Shown here one piece after another: positions 11,819-21,630 of a stretch of 64,000 nucleotides of DNA. A program made the translations under genes and the position numbers. A model generated the notes under the pieces. That model saw nothing but the letters and a program-made list of their open reading frames with translations, was not told where the DNA came from and ran no database searches. Origin of the DNA: Candidatus Binatia bacterium (lineage in GTDB: Bacteria; Desulfobacterota; Binatia; UBA9968; JAJDTQ01); assembly GCA_963666515.2 (NCBI GenBank), contig OY762897.2:3328001-3392000 (forward strand). Direction: 5' to 3'. Positions within the stretch are counted from its first letter, which is position 1. Every line of letters starts with the position of its first letter.

Positions 11819-12004
11819 TCAGAATATCTCCAGGAGATCGTGGGCGAGGACCCACATGCAGTAGAACAGCGCGATGCAGCCGAAGAGCGTGTGGATCCAC
11901 TCCCGCTCGCCGTCCTTGGTGCGGAAGGTGATGCCGTGCCACGCGATCAGCGCGGTGACCACGACAAAGACCACATCGATCCATTTGTCGTCGGCGTCGG
12001 GCAT
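11819..12004 (-). CDS. Small membrane protein
   Basis: 61 aa with two TM segments. Confidence 0.6.
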   Translation of the reverse strand: MPDADDKWIDVVFVVVTALIAWHGITFRTKDGEREWIHTLFGCIALFYCMWVLAHDLLEIF

Positions 12005-12096
12005 GATAAAGAGTCCCTACGAGTTCACGGCGCCATGCTGTCCGCGTTGAAAATACTCTATTCGCTGGAGGAGCCGGAAGACAACGTCATCGCCCA

Positions 12097-12115
12097 GGCC
12101 GCGGGTCGCCCCTAC
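12097..12115 (-). repeat. GTAG-type REP-like element
   Basis: Reverse complement reads GTAGGGGCGACCCGCGGCC; related copies at 28289, 34685 and 39132. Confidence 0.5.
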
Positions 12116-12128
12116 CGAGGAACTGGCC

Positions 12129-13580
12129 TTAGGTTTCCGGGAACGGCAGGATCCCCCGGTACTTCTCGATCATCCGCTTCCGCAGCTCCCGCGGGCTGCG
12201 GCTGACCTTGGGGAAATCGTCGCGCCGGTGGAACGGACGCACCGCGTAGAACACCGCCAGCGAGTTGGTGTGGTCGCCGGAATCCCGTTTCTCAGGCGGC
12301 ATCAGCGGATCCAGCGGCGTGCTCCAGCAATTGTCCAGGATCTCGATGTCGCGGGACGGCTCGGCCCGGGTGGTCATGGCCCACATCACCTCGGAGAAGT
12401 TCGTGGGGTCGATGTCCTCGTCCACGATGACGATCCAGCGGCCGTTGCGGGTGGCCGCGGCGACGGCGCGCGCGGCCTGCTGCGCGTGTCCGGGGTACCG
12501 TTGCCGGATGGCGACCACCCGGATATAGCCCATGTGCCGGCCCACCCCCGCCACGTCCTGGATGCCGGCCCGCGCCAGGTCGGCCACGCCGCCCCGGCCG
12601 GCGCCCATCTCCAGGCCGCCCCGGCGGGCGCCCGGCCACATGGGCGCATCGCCGTGGATGATGGGGTTGTCCCGGTAGTACACGGCCTTGACCCGGATTA
12701 CCGGCTGGGGCTCGCCGGTACCGATGGTCCCTCCCGAGTAGTATCCCGGCCACTCGCCGAACGGCCCCTCGTCCCGCGACTCCACGTCCGGCGGCGGCAC
12801 TTCTCCCTCGATCGCCACCTCCGCGTGGGCCGGGATCGGCAGGCCGGCTACCGGCCCCTTGATCACTTCGACGGGCCTTTGGCGGAGCCCGCCCGCCAGG
12901 TCCAGCTCGCTCCGGCCCCAGGGAATCCGGTTGTTGGATGCGATGAAGACCAGCGGATCGCCGCCGAAGGTAGCCACCACCGGGCAGCTACGTCCCTGCG
13001 CCCAGTGGCGCTGGCAGATCTGCCGTCCGTGCTGGCCCGGACTCATCCACAGGCCCAGCAGATCGCGGTCATGGATCTGCATGCGGTAGGTCCCGGCGTT
13101 CACGAAGCCGCTCTCCGGATCGCGGTTGATGACGCAGTCGCCGGTGCCGATGTAGCGCCCGCCGTCCATGGCATGGTAGCGGGGCGCCGGGAACCGCAGC
13201 AGGTCCACGTCCGCCCCGGTCATGACGTTCCGCATCACCGGCCCGTCCGCGACCTCCGCCGGCGGGATCGGCTCCGCCTCCCGCATCTTCCGGGACGCCA
13301 TCTCGCTGAGCTTCGCCCGGGGCTCGTGGACCGGCAGCCCCAGCGCCAGGGCGGCGCGCTTGTAGGACGCGGTGAGCAGCCCCACCACGCGAAAGCCCGC
13401 GGGATATCCCCTGATCCGGTCGAACAGCAGCATGGGCGGGTCGGGGATCAGCTCGCCGGTCACCTCCCTCAGCGCGCCGATCTCCTCGTCCCAGTCCGCG
13501 TCCGCGATCTCGCGCCAGTCATCGACCTGCTTGCACGCCTCCACGAACTCCTGGAGGCCGTCGAACACTTGCTCGCTCAT
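12129..13580 (-). CDS. UbiD family (prFMN-dependent) decarboxylase
   Basis: DGGRYIGT, NAGTYR, EGPFGEW.GYY, IVDEDIDP...VMWAMTTR. Confidence 0.9.
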   Translation of the reverse strand: MSEQVFDGLQEFVEACKQVDDWREIADADWDEEIGALREVTGELIPDPPMLLFDRIRGYPAGFRVVGLLTASYKRAALALGLPVHEPRAKLSEMASRKMREAEPIPPAEVADGPVMRNVMTGADVDLLRFPAPRYHAMDGGRYIGTGDCVINRDPESGFVNAGTYRMQIHDRDLLGLWMSPGQHGRQICQRHWAQGRSCPVVATFGGDPLVFIASNNRIPWGRSELDLAGGLRQRPVEVIKGPVAGLPIPAHAEVAIEGEVPPPDVESRDEGPFGEWPGYYSGGTIGTGEPQPVIRVKAVYYRDNPIIHGDAPMWPGARRGGLEMGAGRGGVADLARAGIQDVAGVGRHMGYIRVVAIRQRYPGHAQQAARAVAAATRNGRWIVIVDEDIDPTNFSEVMWAMTTRAEPSRDIEILDNCWSTPLDPLMPPEKRDSGDHTNSLAVFYAVRPFHRRDDFPKVSRSPRELRKRMIEKYRGILPFPET

Positions 13581-13773
13581 GGTATCGCCTTGCCGCTGTC
13601 GTTCGGGTGCCGGGTTCACGAGGACTCCCCATGACCGCCCACGATGCCTATCCCATACCCGACCCGTTTACAACCGCCGGCCGGTTGCCTACCGGCCGTT
13701 CTCTGTCGTAAGAATATCGTAGTCCCGGATCGGGTGGTTCAAGGGTCCGGCAGCCACGAAAGGAGACAGGCAC

Positions 13774-14199
13774 ATGCTCAAGATCGAAGGCGTTACCCAT
13801 TGGTCCATTCCCGTGAACGACCTGGGCGAGGCGGAGAAGTTCTACGGTGATCTGCTGGGACTCAAGAACCTCGGCCGGCTCGCCAACAACGTCATGGCGT
13901 GCTTCAACGTGGGCGACCACAACATCCTCCTGTGCGAGCGCCGGGAGCTGCCGGACAAGCCGGAGGACGACCGCGTGCACCACTCCTTCACGGTCAGCCC
14001 GGAGACGTTGAACGAGGCATGCAAGGTGTTCAAGGAGAAGAAGGTGGACGTCGTGGAGCTGTACTACCGCAAGGGCGGCTACTTCCCCGGGCGGGAACTG
14101 TACTTCTCGGACCCCAGCGGCAACCGCCTGGAGCTTCGCGATCCGACCTGGAAGGACGGCATGCCCGAGCCCACCTTCGACGAAGTGGCCGGCTCGTAA
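13774..14199 (+). CDS. VOC/glyoxalase family protein
   Basis: HWSIPVNDL..AEKFY, YFSDPSGNRLEL. Confidence 0.9.
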   Translation: MLKIEGVTHWSIPVNDLGEAEKFYGDLLGLKNLGRLANNVMACFNVGDHNILLCERRELPDKPEDDRVHHSFTVSPETLNEACKVFKEKKVDVVELYYRKGGYFPGRELYFSDPSGNRLELRDPTWKDGMPEPTFDEVAGS

Positions 14200-14222
14200 G
14201 CCAAGTCAAGGAGAAACCATCG

Positions 14223-15392
14223 ATGACGCAGGTGCACCCCGACACGAGTTCCGACGATACCGTTGCTCCCGACCTGGAGGTCAAGGAATACACCTACGAC
14301 GACTGGATGGCGTCCACCGGCGTTCCGGTTCATCGGGGCTACTTCATCGAGGACCTGCGCACCGTCGAGCTGGGCTGGTGGGAGGAACGGGGCTGCGAGA
14401 GCGCCTTCATCCAGCTCGTGGGGCAGGAGGGGGTCACCTCCGCCATGGTGCAGGAGATCCCGCCGGGGCAGACCCTGCCGCCGCTGAAGTTCGCCCTTGA
14501 CGAGCTGGTCTACGTGCTCCAGGGCCACGGCGTGACCACGGTGTGGCCGGGCGACAACGGCTCCAGGACGAGCTTCGAATGGCAGCCCCGGAGCCTGTTC
14601 CAGGTCCCGCACAACTACCACCACACCATGAGCAACATGCGCGGCGACCAGCCCGTGCGGCTGCTGCGCTACAGCTACCTGCCGCTGGCCCTGTCGCTCA
14701 ACACCGACCCGTCGTTCTTCTTCAACAACCACCACGAGGGAGAAGACTTCCTGGCCGACGGCGGCCAGCTCTACTCCGAGGCCAAGCTGGTGCGCGACGG
14801 CGACCCGGCCCGCACCTGGGGCGGCCGCAGCGGCATCTTCTGGTACGGCAACTTCTTTCCCGACATGGGCTCCTGGAACAAGCTCAACCGCAGCAGCCGC
14901 CGGGGCGCCGGCGGCCACAGCGTGCTCATGACCTTCCCCAACTCCGAGATGTCCTGCCACATGTCGGTGTTCCCCTCCCGCACCTACAAGAAGGCGCACC
15001 GCCACGGCCCCGGCCGGGTCATCGTCATCCCCGCCGGCGAGGGCTACTCCATCCTGTGGGAGGAAGGGAAGGAGAAGGTGGTGGCGCCGTGGCACGAGGC
15101 CAGCATGTTCGTGCCCCCCGGCAAGTGGTTCCACCAGCACTTCAACGCCGGCGGCACCCCGGCCCGCTACCTGGCGCTGCACCCGCCCCGGCAGTTCCGC
15201 GGCCACGCCGAGAAGGTCGAGGACCGCAACAAGGACCAGATCGAGTACGCCGACGAGGACCCGCAAATCCGCGAGCGTTTCGAGGGGGAGCTGGACAAGC
15301 GCGGGCTGACCACCCTGATGCCGGACGAGGTCTACCGCAACCGCGATTTCCAGTGGACCTACCGGGACGCGGAGGCCCAGGCGGCCGGGTGA
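14223..15392 (+). CDS. Bicupin protein (gentisate 1,2-dioxygenase-like fold)
   Basis: Two cupin motifs (ELVYVLQGHG; KKAHRHGPG...WFHQHFN); GGAG RBS. Confidence 0.75.
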   Translation: MTQVHPDTSSDDTVAPDLEVKEYTYDDWMASTGVPVHRGYFIEDLRTVELGWWEERGCESAFIQLVGQEGVTSAMVQEIPPGQTLPPLKFALDELVYVLQGHGVTTVWPGDNGSRTSFEWQPRSLFQVPHNYHHTMSNMRGDQPVRLLRYSYLPLALSLNTDPSFFFNNHHEGEDFLADGGQLYSEAKLVRDGDPARTWGGRSGIFWYGNFFPDMGSWNKLNRSSRRGAGGHSVLMTFPNSEMSCHMSVFPSRTYKKAHRHGPGRVIVIPAGEGYSILWEEGKEKVVAPWHEASMFVPPGKWFHQHFNAGGTPARYLALHPPRQFRGHAEKVEDRNKDQIEYADEDPQIRERFEGELDKRGLTTLMPDEVYRNRDFQWTYRDAEAQAAG

Positions 15393-15422
15393 CCGGCGCC
15401 CGTCGCGACGAGTCGTCCGGCC

Positions 15423-16268
15423 ATGCAGATCATCGACTCCCAGGTCCACATCTGGGCTGCCGAGACCCCGGACAAGCCCTGGGACCGGGTGGACGCGGCC
15501 AAGCCGCACCGCCCGGAGCCCCTGGGGCACGAGGAGCTGCTGCGCGAGATGGACGGCGCCGGCGTCGCCCGTTGCGTGCTGGTGCCTCCCACCTGGGAAT
15601 CGGATCGGAACGACACCTCGCTGGAGGCGGCGCGCCTCCATCCCGACCGGTTCAGGGTCATGGGCCGGCTCACCCTGGACGACCCCGCGAGCCGGGAACG
15701 CATGGCCACGTGGAAGGACCAGCCCGGGATGCTGGGCATCCGCCTGACCTTCCATCGCGGCCGCTACCGCACCTGGCTGGACGACGGCGCTATCGACTGG
15801 TTCTGGGCGGCGGCCGAGCGCCACGACGTCCCGGTCATGGCGCTGGCGCCGCACCATCTGCCGCAACTCGCCGCGGTGGCCGCGCGCCACCCGGGGCTGC
15901 GGCTGTGCATCGACCACATGGGCCTCAACACCAGCCTGGTGGGCAAGCCGCTGGGTCCCATCATCGACGGCCTGATCGAGCTGGCGGCCCTGCCCAACGT
16001 GGCGGTGAAGGCCTCGGCGCTGCCGTGCTACTCCACGGAGGAATACCCCTATCCGTCGCTGCACCCGCAGATCCGCCGGGTGGTCGACGCCTTCGGGCCC
16101 CGGCGCGTGTTCTGGGGCACCGACCTGTCCCACCTGCCCTGCCCGTACCGGCAGGCGCTGACGCTGTTCACCGAAGAGTTGGACAACCTGACCGCGGACG
16201 AGAAGGAATGGATACTCGGGCGCGCCATTGCCGAGTGGCTGGACTGGCCGTTCCCCGAATCTTCGTAG
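15423..16268 (+). CDS. Amidohydrolase_2 family protein
   Basis: IDSQVHIW, CIDHMG, RVFWGTD. Confidence 0.85.
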   Translation: MQIIDSQVHIWAAETPDKPWDRVDAAKPHRPEPLGHEELLREMDGAGVARCVLVPPTWESDRNDTSLEAARLHPDRFRVMGRLTLDDPASRERMATWKDQPGMLGIRLTFHRGRYRTWLDDGAIDWFWAAAERHDVPVMALAPHHLPQLAAVAARHPGLRLCIDHMGLNTSLVGKPLGPIIDGLIELAALPNVAVKASALPCYSTEEYPYPSLHPQIRRVVDAFGPRRVFWGTDLSHLPCPYRQALTLFTEELDNLTADEKEWILGRAIAEWLDWPFPESS

Positions 16269-16359
16269 CCTGCACCGCGGGAGCAAGAAGTCGCAGGGCG
16301 GATGTCAGGACCGTCCGCACCGCACTGTTGGGCGATAAAGCCCCCGGGAGAACCCTGCA

Positions 16360-17517
16360 ATGGCGAGAGCCTACCGGCACGTTTCCGCGGACAGCCATTT
16401 CGAGGCGCCGCCGGACTTCTGGCGGCACCGCATCCCCGAGAAGTACCGGGACCGGGCGTCGCGAAGGATCCGCCTCCCCAACGGCCACGACGGGCTGCTG
16501 CGGGAGGGCCGGCCGCTGGTGTACGGCGGCACCAGCTTCTACGGCGGACGGCCGCCGGAAGAGTTCAATCCCGCGGTCATCGACTTCGACGGCACGCCGG
16601 GCTGCGGCGGCGCCGAGCAGCGGCTGCGCGAGCAGGACCGGGACGGCGTCGACGCCGAGGTGCTGTACGCGCTGGAGATACGCAATCCCGCCATCCGGGA
16701 CCGGGAGGCGTTCACCGGCATCATCCATCACTTCAACGAATTCATGGCGGAGGAGTACTGCGCGGTGGACCCGGAGCGGCTGATCGGCGTCGGCATCCTG
16801 CCCAACCGCGGCGTGGAGGACGACATCGCCGAGCTGGAGCACTGCAAGCGCCTGGGCTTCAAGGCGGCTTGGCTGGCCACTTGGCCCAGCGGCCGGGGCT
16901 TCCCCTCGCCCGATGACGACCGCTTGTGGGCCGCGGCCCTGGACCTCGACATGCCGCTGACGGTGCACACCTCGTTCCCGACCAAGGTCGGCGCCCGCGA
17001 GACGCCGCTCTTCAACTACCCCCAGGAGCCTCCGGGCGAGCAACGGCCGCCCACCGACTTCGTCCAGCGACTGGCCCGGCAGGGTCCATACCACTCGGGC
17101 TCGGTGGAGGCCAGCCAGATGGTGGTGGCCGGCATCTTCGACCGCTTCCCGAGACTGCGCATCTACTGGGCCGAGAACAACGTCGGCTGGCTGCCGTACT
17201 TCTACGAGCAGATGGACCACGAGTACACCACCAACCGGTTCTGGGCCGAACGGCAGATGGGGTTGCCGCGGCTGAAGCGGCTCCCCAGCGAGTACCTCCG
17301 GGAGCACGCCTACTGGGGCTTCTTCGAGGACCACGTGGGCGTGCGGCTGCGCCATGACGTGGGCGTCGACCGCATGATGTGGGGCAGCGACTTCCCCCAC
17401 ATCGTGACCCGCTGGCCCCACTCCATGGAGCTGCTGGACTCGCAGATGGAAGGCGTGCCCCCCGACGAGCGCCAACGGATGGTGGCCGGCAACGCCGTCG
17501 AGTTCTTCCGGCTCTAG
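16360..17517 (+). CDS. Amidohydrolase_2 family protein (decarboxylase/hydratase-like)
   Basis: SADSH, GIFDRFPRL, MMWGSDFPH. Confidence 0.85.
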   Translation: MARAYRHVSADSHFEAPPDFWRHRIPEKYRDRASRRIRLPNGHDGLLREGRPLVYGGTSFYGGRPPEEFNPAVIDFDGTPGCGGAEQRLREQDRDGVDAEVLYALEIRNPAIRDREAFTGIIHHFNEFMAEEYCAVDPERLIGVGILPNRGVEDDIAELEHCKRLGFKAAWLATWPSGRGFPSPDDDRLWAAALDLDMPLTVHTSFPTKVGARETPLFNYPQEPPGEQRPPTDFVQRLARQGPYHSGSVEASQMVVAGIFDRFPRLRIYWAENNVGWLPYFYEQMDHEYTTNRFWAERQMGLPRLKRLPSEYLREHAYWGFFEDHVGVRLRHDVGVDRMMWGSDFPHIVTRWPHSMELLDSQMEGVPPDERQRMVAGNAVEFFRL

Positions 17518-17549
17518 CCCGCTACCGTCCGCATCCCTCATCCCCGCAG

Positions 17550-17620
17550 AACAGGCTGTGTCAAACTCGCGGGGCAGATAAATTACGAATACGTCATTCC
17601 GGCGAAAGCCGGAATCCAGG
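17550..17620 (+). repeat. Composite palindromic repeat / MITE-like element
   Basis: AACAGGCTGTGTCAAACTC, a spacer, then CGTCATTCCGGCGAAAGCCGGAATCCAGG; inverted homolog at 59363-59445. Confidence 0.65.
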
Positions 17621-17684
17621 CGCTTTTCTTCTTCGGCCGGGCGGAGTAGAGTCCCCTGCGAAATCGCAACCACCCGGAGGAACC

Positions 17685-18707
17685 ATGCTACCCGACATGC
17701 CACGAGATCAGCAGCTCGACCTGCTGCGCAAGATGCTCATGATACGGCGCGCGGAAGAGCACGTCGTCCGCTTCAACGAGGAGCACGAGGGCCTCATCCG
17801 CGGCCACTTCCACATCTACATCGGCCAGGAGGCCACCGGAGTGGGCGTGTGCGCGGCGTTGGCGCGGGAGGACTACGTCTTCAGCACGCACCGGAACCAC
17901 GGCCACGTCATCGCCAAGGGCGGCGACCCCGGCAAGGTGCTGGCGGAGGTCATCGGGCGCGAGACCGGCTACTGCCTCGGGCGCGGCGGCACCTTCCACG
18001 TGGCAGCGCCCGACCTGAACATCCTGCACACCTCCGCCATCGTGGGCGGCAGCACCGCGCTGGCCTCGGGCGCGGCGCTGGCGGCGCAGGTGCTGGAGTC
18101 CGACGCGGTCACCGTGGTCTTCTTCGGCGACGGCGCCATGGACGAGGGCGTGGCGTACGAGAGCATGAACATCGCCCGACTGTGGAACCTGCCGCTGATC
18201 TTCGTGATGGAGAACAACTACCGGCGCGCCGGAAGGGTCAATACCGACCACGCCGCCGACGACCTGCCCAACATTCCCCGCGCGCTCAACCTCGAGACCG
18301 TCACGGTGGACGGCGACGACGTGGGGCAGGTGCACGGCACGCTCAAGGAGTTGGTGCGGCGGGTCCGGGCGGGCGAGGGGCCGTTCTTCGTCGAGGCGCG
18401 CACCCACCCCTGGCCGGGGAACGACGGCGCCCATCCCGAGCTGGTGGCCGGACTGACCGACATCAACTGGGCCTGGGACGCGAGCCCGGTGCCGGAGAAC
18501 GTGCGCTCCTGGTACGCGGAGGGCGACTGCATCCTGGCCTACGCGCGGGAATTGGCGGATAGCGAAGGGTGCGACCGGGACACGGTCGTGCGGGTGGACG
18601 AGGAGGTGCGGCGCGAGGCCGACGCCGCGGCGCAGTTCGCGCTGACGAGCCCGCTGCCGCCGCCGGAGGCCGCGGTCAGGTACGCGTACGCGGGAAGGGG
18701 TGACTGA
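17685..18707 (+). CDS. TPP-dependent dehydrogenase E1 component alpha subunit
   Basis: HIYIGQEA, STHRNHGH, FFGDGA...ENN. Confidence 0.9.
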   Translation: MLPDMPRDQQLDLLRKMLMIRRAEEHVVRFNEEHEGLIRGHFHIYIGQEATGVGVCAALAREDYVFSTHRNHGHVIAKGGDPGKVLAEVIGRETGYCLGRGGTFHVAAPDLNILHTSAIVGGSTALASGAALAAQVLESDAVTVVFFGDGAMDEGVAYESMNIARLWNLPLIFVMENNYRRAGRVNTDHAADDLPNIPRALNLETVTVDGDDVGQVHGTLKELVRRVRAGEGPFFVEARTHPWPGNDGAHPELVAGLTDINWAWDASPVPENVRSWYAEGDCILAYARELADSEGCDRDTVVRVDEEVRREADAAAQFALTSPLPPPEAAVRYAYAGRGD

Positions 18708-18710
18708 GCC

Positions 18711-19688
18711 ATGTCGAGAGAAATGACCCTGGGAGAGGCTTTGGTCGAGGCATTGTCCGAGGCCATGGAGCAGGATCGGCGGGTGGTGTTGATCGGCGGC
18801 GGGCTGGTGAGCTCCGGACCCGGCGCGCAACGGTTCCGCGCGGTGCGCGAGCGGCACGGCAACCGCATCAAGTCGCCGCCCATCGCCGAGCTGGGCTACT
18901 GCGGCATCGCCGCCGGCGCGGCCATGGCGGGGCTTCGGCCGCTGGTGGACATCGGCACCGCGACGTTCTCATACGAGGCGATCCCGCAGATCAACAACGA
19001 GGCGGCCATCGCCTACTCCAACTCCGGCGGCCAGACCAACGCCCCGGTCACCTACTTCATGCGCTACGGCATCCGCGGCGGCGGAGGGGTGCAGCACTCC
19101 GGCAGCCCGCAGCCCTGGTACTGGAACACGCCGGGCCTGCAGGTCGCCATGCCCGCCACCCCGGCGGACGCCAAGGGGCTGCTGCGGACCGCGCTCCTGA
19201 AGAGCCAGGACCCGACCATCTTCATGGCCCACGAGCGGCTGCTGGGCGAGCGCGGGACGGTGCCCGACGGCGAGCACGAGACCGGGTTCGGCAAGGCCGC
19301 TGTGGCCCGGGAAGGCGGCGACGTCACCATCGTGGCGACGGGCGTGCAGGTGCCCCGGGCCATGGCCGCGGCCGAGGCGCTGGCCAAGGACGGCATTTCG
19401 GCGGAGGTCGTGGACCCGCGGACGCTGGAGCCGCTGGACACCGACACCCTGCTGGCGTCGGTGCGCAAGACCGGCCGGCTGGTGGTCACCGACGAGAGCC
19501 ACGACAACTGCGGCGTCGCCGCGAACTTGGCCGCGCTGATGGCCGACCTCGCCTTCGACAGCCTGAAGGCGCCCATCAAGCGGGTCGCCATCCCGCACGT
19601 GCCGATCCCGTTCGCGGTGCCGCTGGAGGATTACGTGACGCCGACCGCGGGGCGGATCGAGGAAGCGGCGCGGTCGGTACTGGAGTGA
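18711..19688 (+). CDS. TPP-dependent dehydrogenase E1 component beta subunit
   Basis: PIAELG, GAAMAGLRP, QHS, EVVDPRTLEPLD, SVRKTGRLVV. Confidence 0.9.
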   Translation: MSREMTLGEALVEALSEAMEQDRRVVLIGGGLVSSGPGAQRFRAVRERHGNRIKSPPIAELGYCGIAAGAAMAGLRPLVDIGTATFSYEAIPQINNEAAIAYSNSGGQTNAPVTYFMRYGIRGGGGVQHSGSPQPWYWNTPGLQVAMPATPADAKGLLRTALLKSQDPTIFMAHERLLGERGTVPDGEHETGFGKAAVAREGGDVTIVATGVQVPRAMAAAEALAKDGISAEVVDPRTLEPLDTDTLLASVRKTGRLVVTDESHDNCGVAANLAALMADLAFDSLKAPIKRVAIPHVPIPFAVPLEDYVTPTAGRIEEAARSVLE

Positions 19689-19727
19689 ACGGGCGGAGGC
19701 GCCCGATACCGGTTCCCCGCCCCTCCT

Positions 19728-19813
19728 CTGGATTCCGGGTCAAGCCCGGAATGACGGAAAGAGTCACCCCGGACCCCGGATCAAGCCCGGGGCAAGCTTG
19801 ATCCGGGGTCCAG
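19728..19813. repeat. Cluster of palindromic repeats between convergent genes
   Basis: CTGGATTCCGGGTCAAGCCCGGAATGAC followed by GGACCCCGGATCAAGC...GCTTGATCCGGGGTCC. Confidence 0.7.
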
Positions 19814-19850
19814 AGACGGGGGGCAGCGGGAGAGTCCCCTCCCGCGTGTC

Positions 19851-20603
19851 TCACACCGGCTCGGGCATCTCGGCCAGCAGCCGTCCGTAGCCCGGGATCG
19901 GCTGCCGCACGCCGAGGCGCATCTGGGTCTCCCAGCAGCGCGCGGGCAGGGCGTGCACCACCGGCACGCCCAGGTCGGCCTCCAGCGGCTGGATGATGTC
20001 CAGGGTCTTCCAGGCCGATCCCAGCATGTACAGGCACTCACCGCCCGGATGGCGGGCGAACATCTCCGTGAGCTGCCGCCGGATCTCCGAGGAGGGCACC
20101 TTGGGGACGTCCGCGAACGGCACGTCGATGCCCTCCATGCCCAGCATCTCGAACCCGGCGTCGGTCAGGTAGTCACGGAAGAGCGCGTTCAGCTCCTCCG
20201 GGAAGTAGCTGGCGCCCACGATCCGCCTCACCCCCAGGGTACGGAACGCCCGCACGTGGTTCATCCCCGAGGTCACCATCGGGATGCCGTAGCGGCTCTC
20301 CCAGGCCCGGATCGTCTCGCCTTCGCCCTCGTAACCCAGCAGCATGAACGGCGGCGCGCCGATGACCCGGATCAGGTCGGGTTTCAGGGCCGCCAGTTCG
20401 GCCGCCTTGGCCTCGTAGCCGGGAATGGACGCCCGGAACTCGGCTTGGTTGCCCTGGGTGAAGCCCATGCTCAGGTGCACGAGCCGGATGCTCGGCGGCA
20501 GCTTGGGGTCGAGCTCCTTGTCGCCCAGCACGCCGGTCCTGTTGGTGGGCCACACCGAGCCCACCAAGTGCTCCGTCCCGGAGCTTCGCGCGTCGTCTGC
20601 CAT
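19851..20603 (-). CDS. Arylmalonate decarboxylase / maleate isomerase (Asp/Glu racemase) family protein
   Basis: LGVRRIVGASYF...N...DYLTDAGFE, IIQPLEADLGVPVV, IPGYGRLL. Confidence 0.8.
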   Translation of the reverse strand: MADDARSSGTEHLVGSVWPTNRTGVLGDKELDPKLPPSIRLVHLSMGFTQGNQAEFRASIPGYEAKAAELAALKPDLIRVIGAPPFMLLGYEGEGETIRAWESRYGIPMVTSGMNHVRAFRTLGVRRIVGASYFPEELNALFRDYLTDAGFEMLGMEGIDVPFADVPKVPSSEIRRQLTEMFARHPGGECLYMLGSAWKTLDIIQPLEADLGVPVVHALPARCWETQMRLGVRQPIPGYGRLLAEMPEPV

Positions 20604-20692
20604 GATTACACTCCCGATAATGCCTTCAGTTCAACAGGATATAGCCGAACTATCATAGTACAAGGTCCGACCCTCATTGCACCGCCTTCCGG

Positions 20693-21556
20693 CTATCTTC
20701 GTCCGCCCACGGTTACGTAAGGGCTGATGGACTTCAGCTTCTTCGGGCCGATGCCGGGGATCTTCAGGAGGTCCTTCACCGCCCGGTACGGTCTCCCGGC
20801 GACGATCTTCTTCGCCGTGACCGGCCCGATGCCCGGGATTCCCTGTAGCTGGCTGCTGGTGGCGCGGTTCAGATCGACGCGCCGGTCGCCGCGAGCACGC
20901 CGGCCGGTGAGCCTGTCCCTCAATCCGCCCAGCGCCGCCCTCTTTTGCCGAAGACGCTTGCGCATCCCGACCAAGCGCTCGGGGTCCGTGGCGCGCCATA
21001 TCCCGGCGCGGTTCAACATGGCCACGGCGCGCAGGTCCCGGAGTTCGTCGAGAATTTGCCTGCTTGGCGTGCCGGCAGGGTCGGGCCGCGTCTTGCCGTG
21101 GACCCGCGCCAGCCCGTCTCGCACGAGCAGCCGTCCGAGGTAACGGCCGTCGTGGGTTTCGATGAAGGCATAGAAGCGGCCGGACGCCGAGCGGCCCAGC
21201 GCGTTCGCGTAGCTCGTATGGATCGAGAACGGCCTGGAGAGAACCTCCCGGGTGTACACGGCGGCGCGCTTGCCGAAGCGTATGACATCCTGCGGGTCGG
21301 CGAGGCCGAAATGGTGCTGCTGATCGCGTATCCGTTCCAGCTCTCCGGGGCTGGCGTAGGTGGTCTCGGGGCAGTCCACGTAGTAGAGCCGCAAGTGAAG
21401 CACCCGCTTGCCGGCCCGCGCCTTGAAGCTGTCGCCGTCGTTCATCATGCCGTGGACGAGCACCGCGTCCCTCAGGGTGACCAGTTCGCCGGCAAGGCAC
21501 GGCACGGGGGCGCATCCGAGCGCCAGCAGAAGAAGAAGGTGTGCGATCTTCGTCAT
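20693..21556 (-). CDS. Exported thermonuclease (SNase)-like protein with C-terminal ComEA helix-hairpin-helix
   Basis: Signal peptide; NDGDSF, RLYYVDCPET; VDLNRATSSQLQGIPGIGPVTAKKIV and IPGIGPKK. Confidence 0.8.
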   Translation of the reverse strand: MTKIAHLLLLLALGCAPVPCLAGELVTLRDAVLVHGMMNDGDSFKARAGKRVLHLRLYYVDCPETTYASPGELERIRDQQHHFGLADPQDVIRFGKRAAVYTREVLSRPFSIHTSYANALGRSASGRFYAFIETHDGRYLGRLLVRDGLARVHGKTRPDPAGTPSRQILDELRDLRAVAMLNRAGIWRATDPERLVGMRKRLRQKRAALGGLRDRLTGRRARGDRRVDLNRATSSQLQGIPGIGPVTAKKIVAGRPYRAVKDLLKIPGIGPKKLKSISPYVTVGGRR

Positions 21557-21630
21557 TGCAGAAGCCGACCCGCCGCGCGGTCGGTTGACGGGCTCGCTAC
21601 CCGTTCGACGGCGTGAAGACCGGCGCCGGG

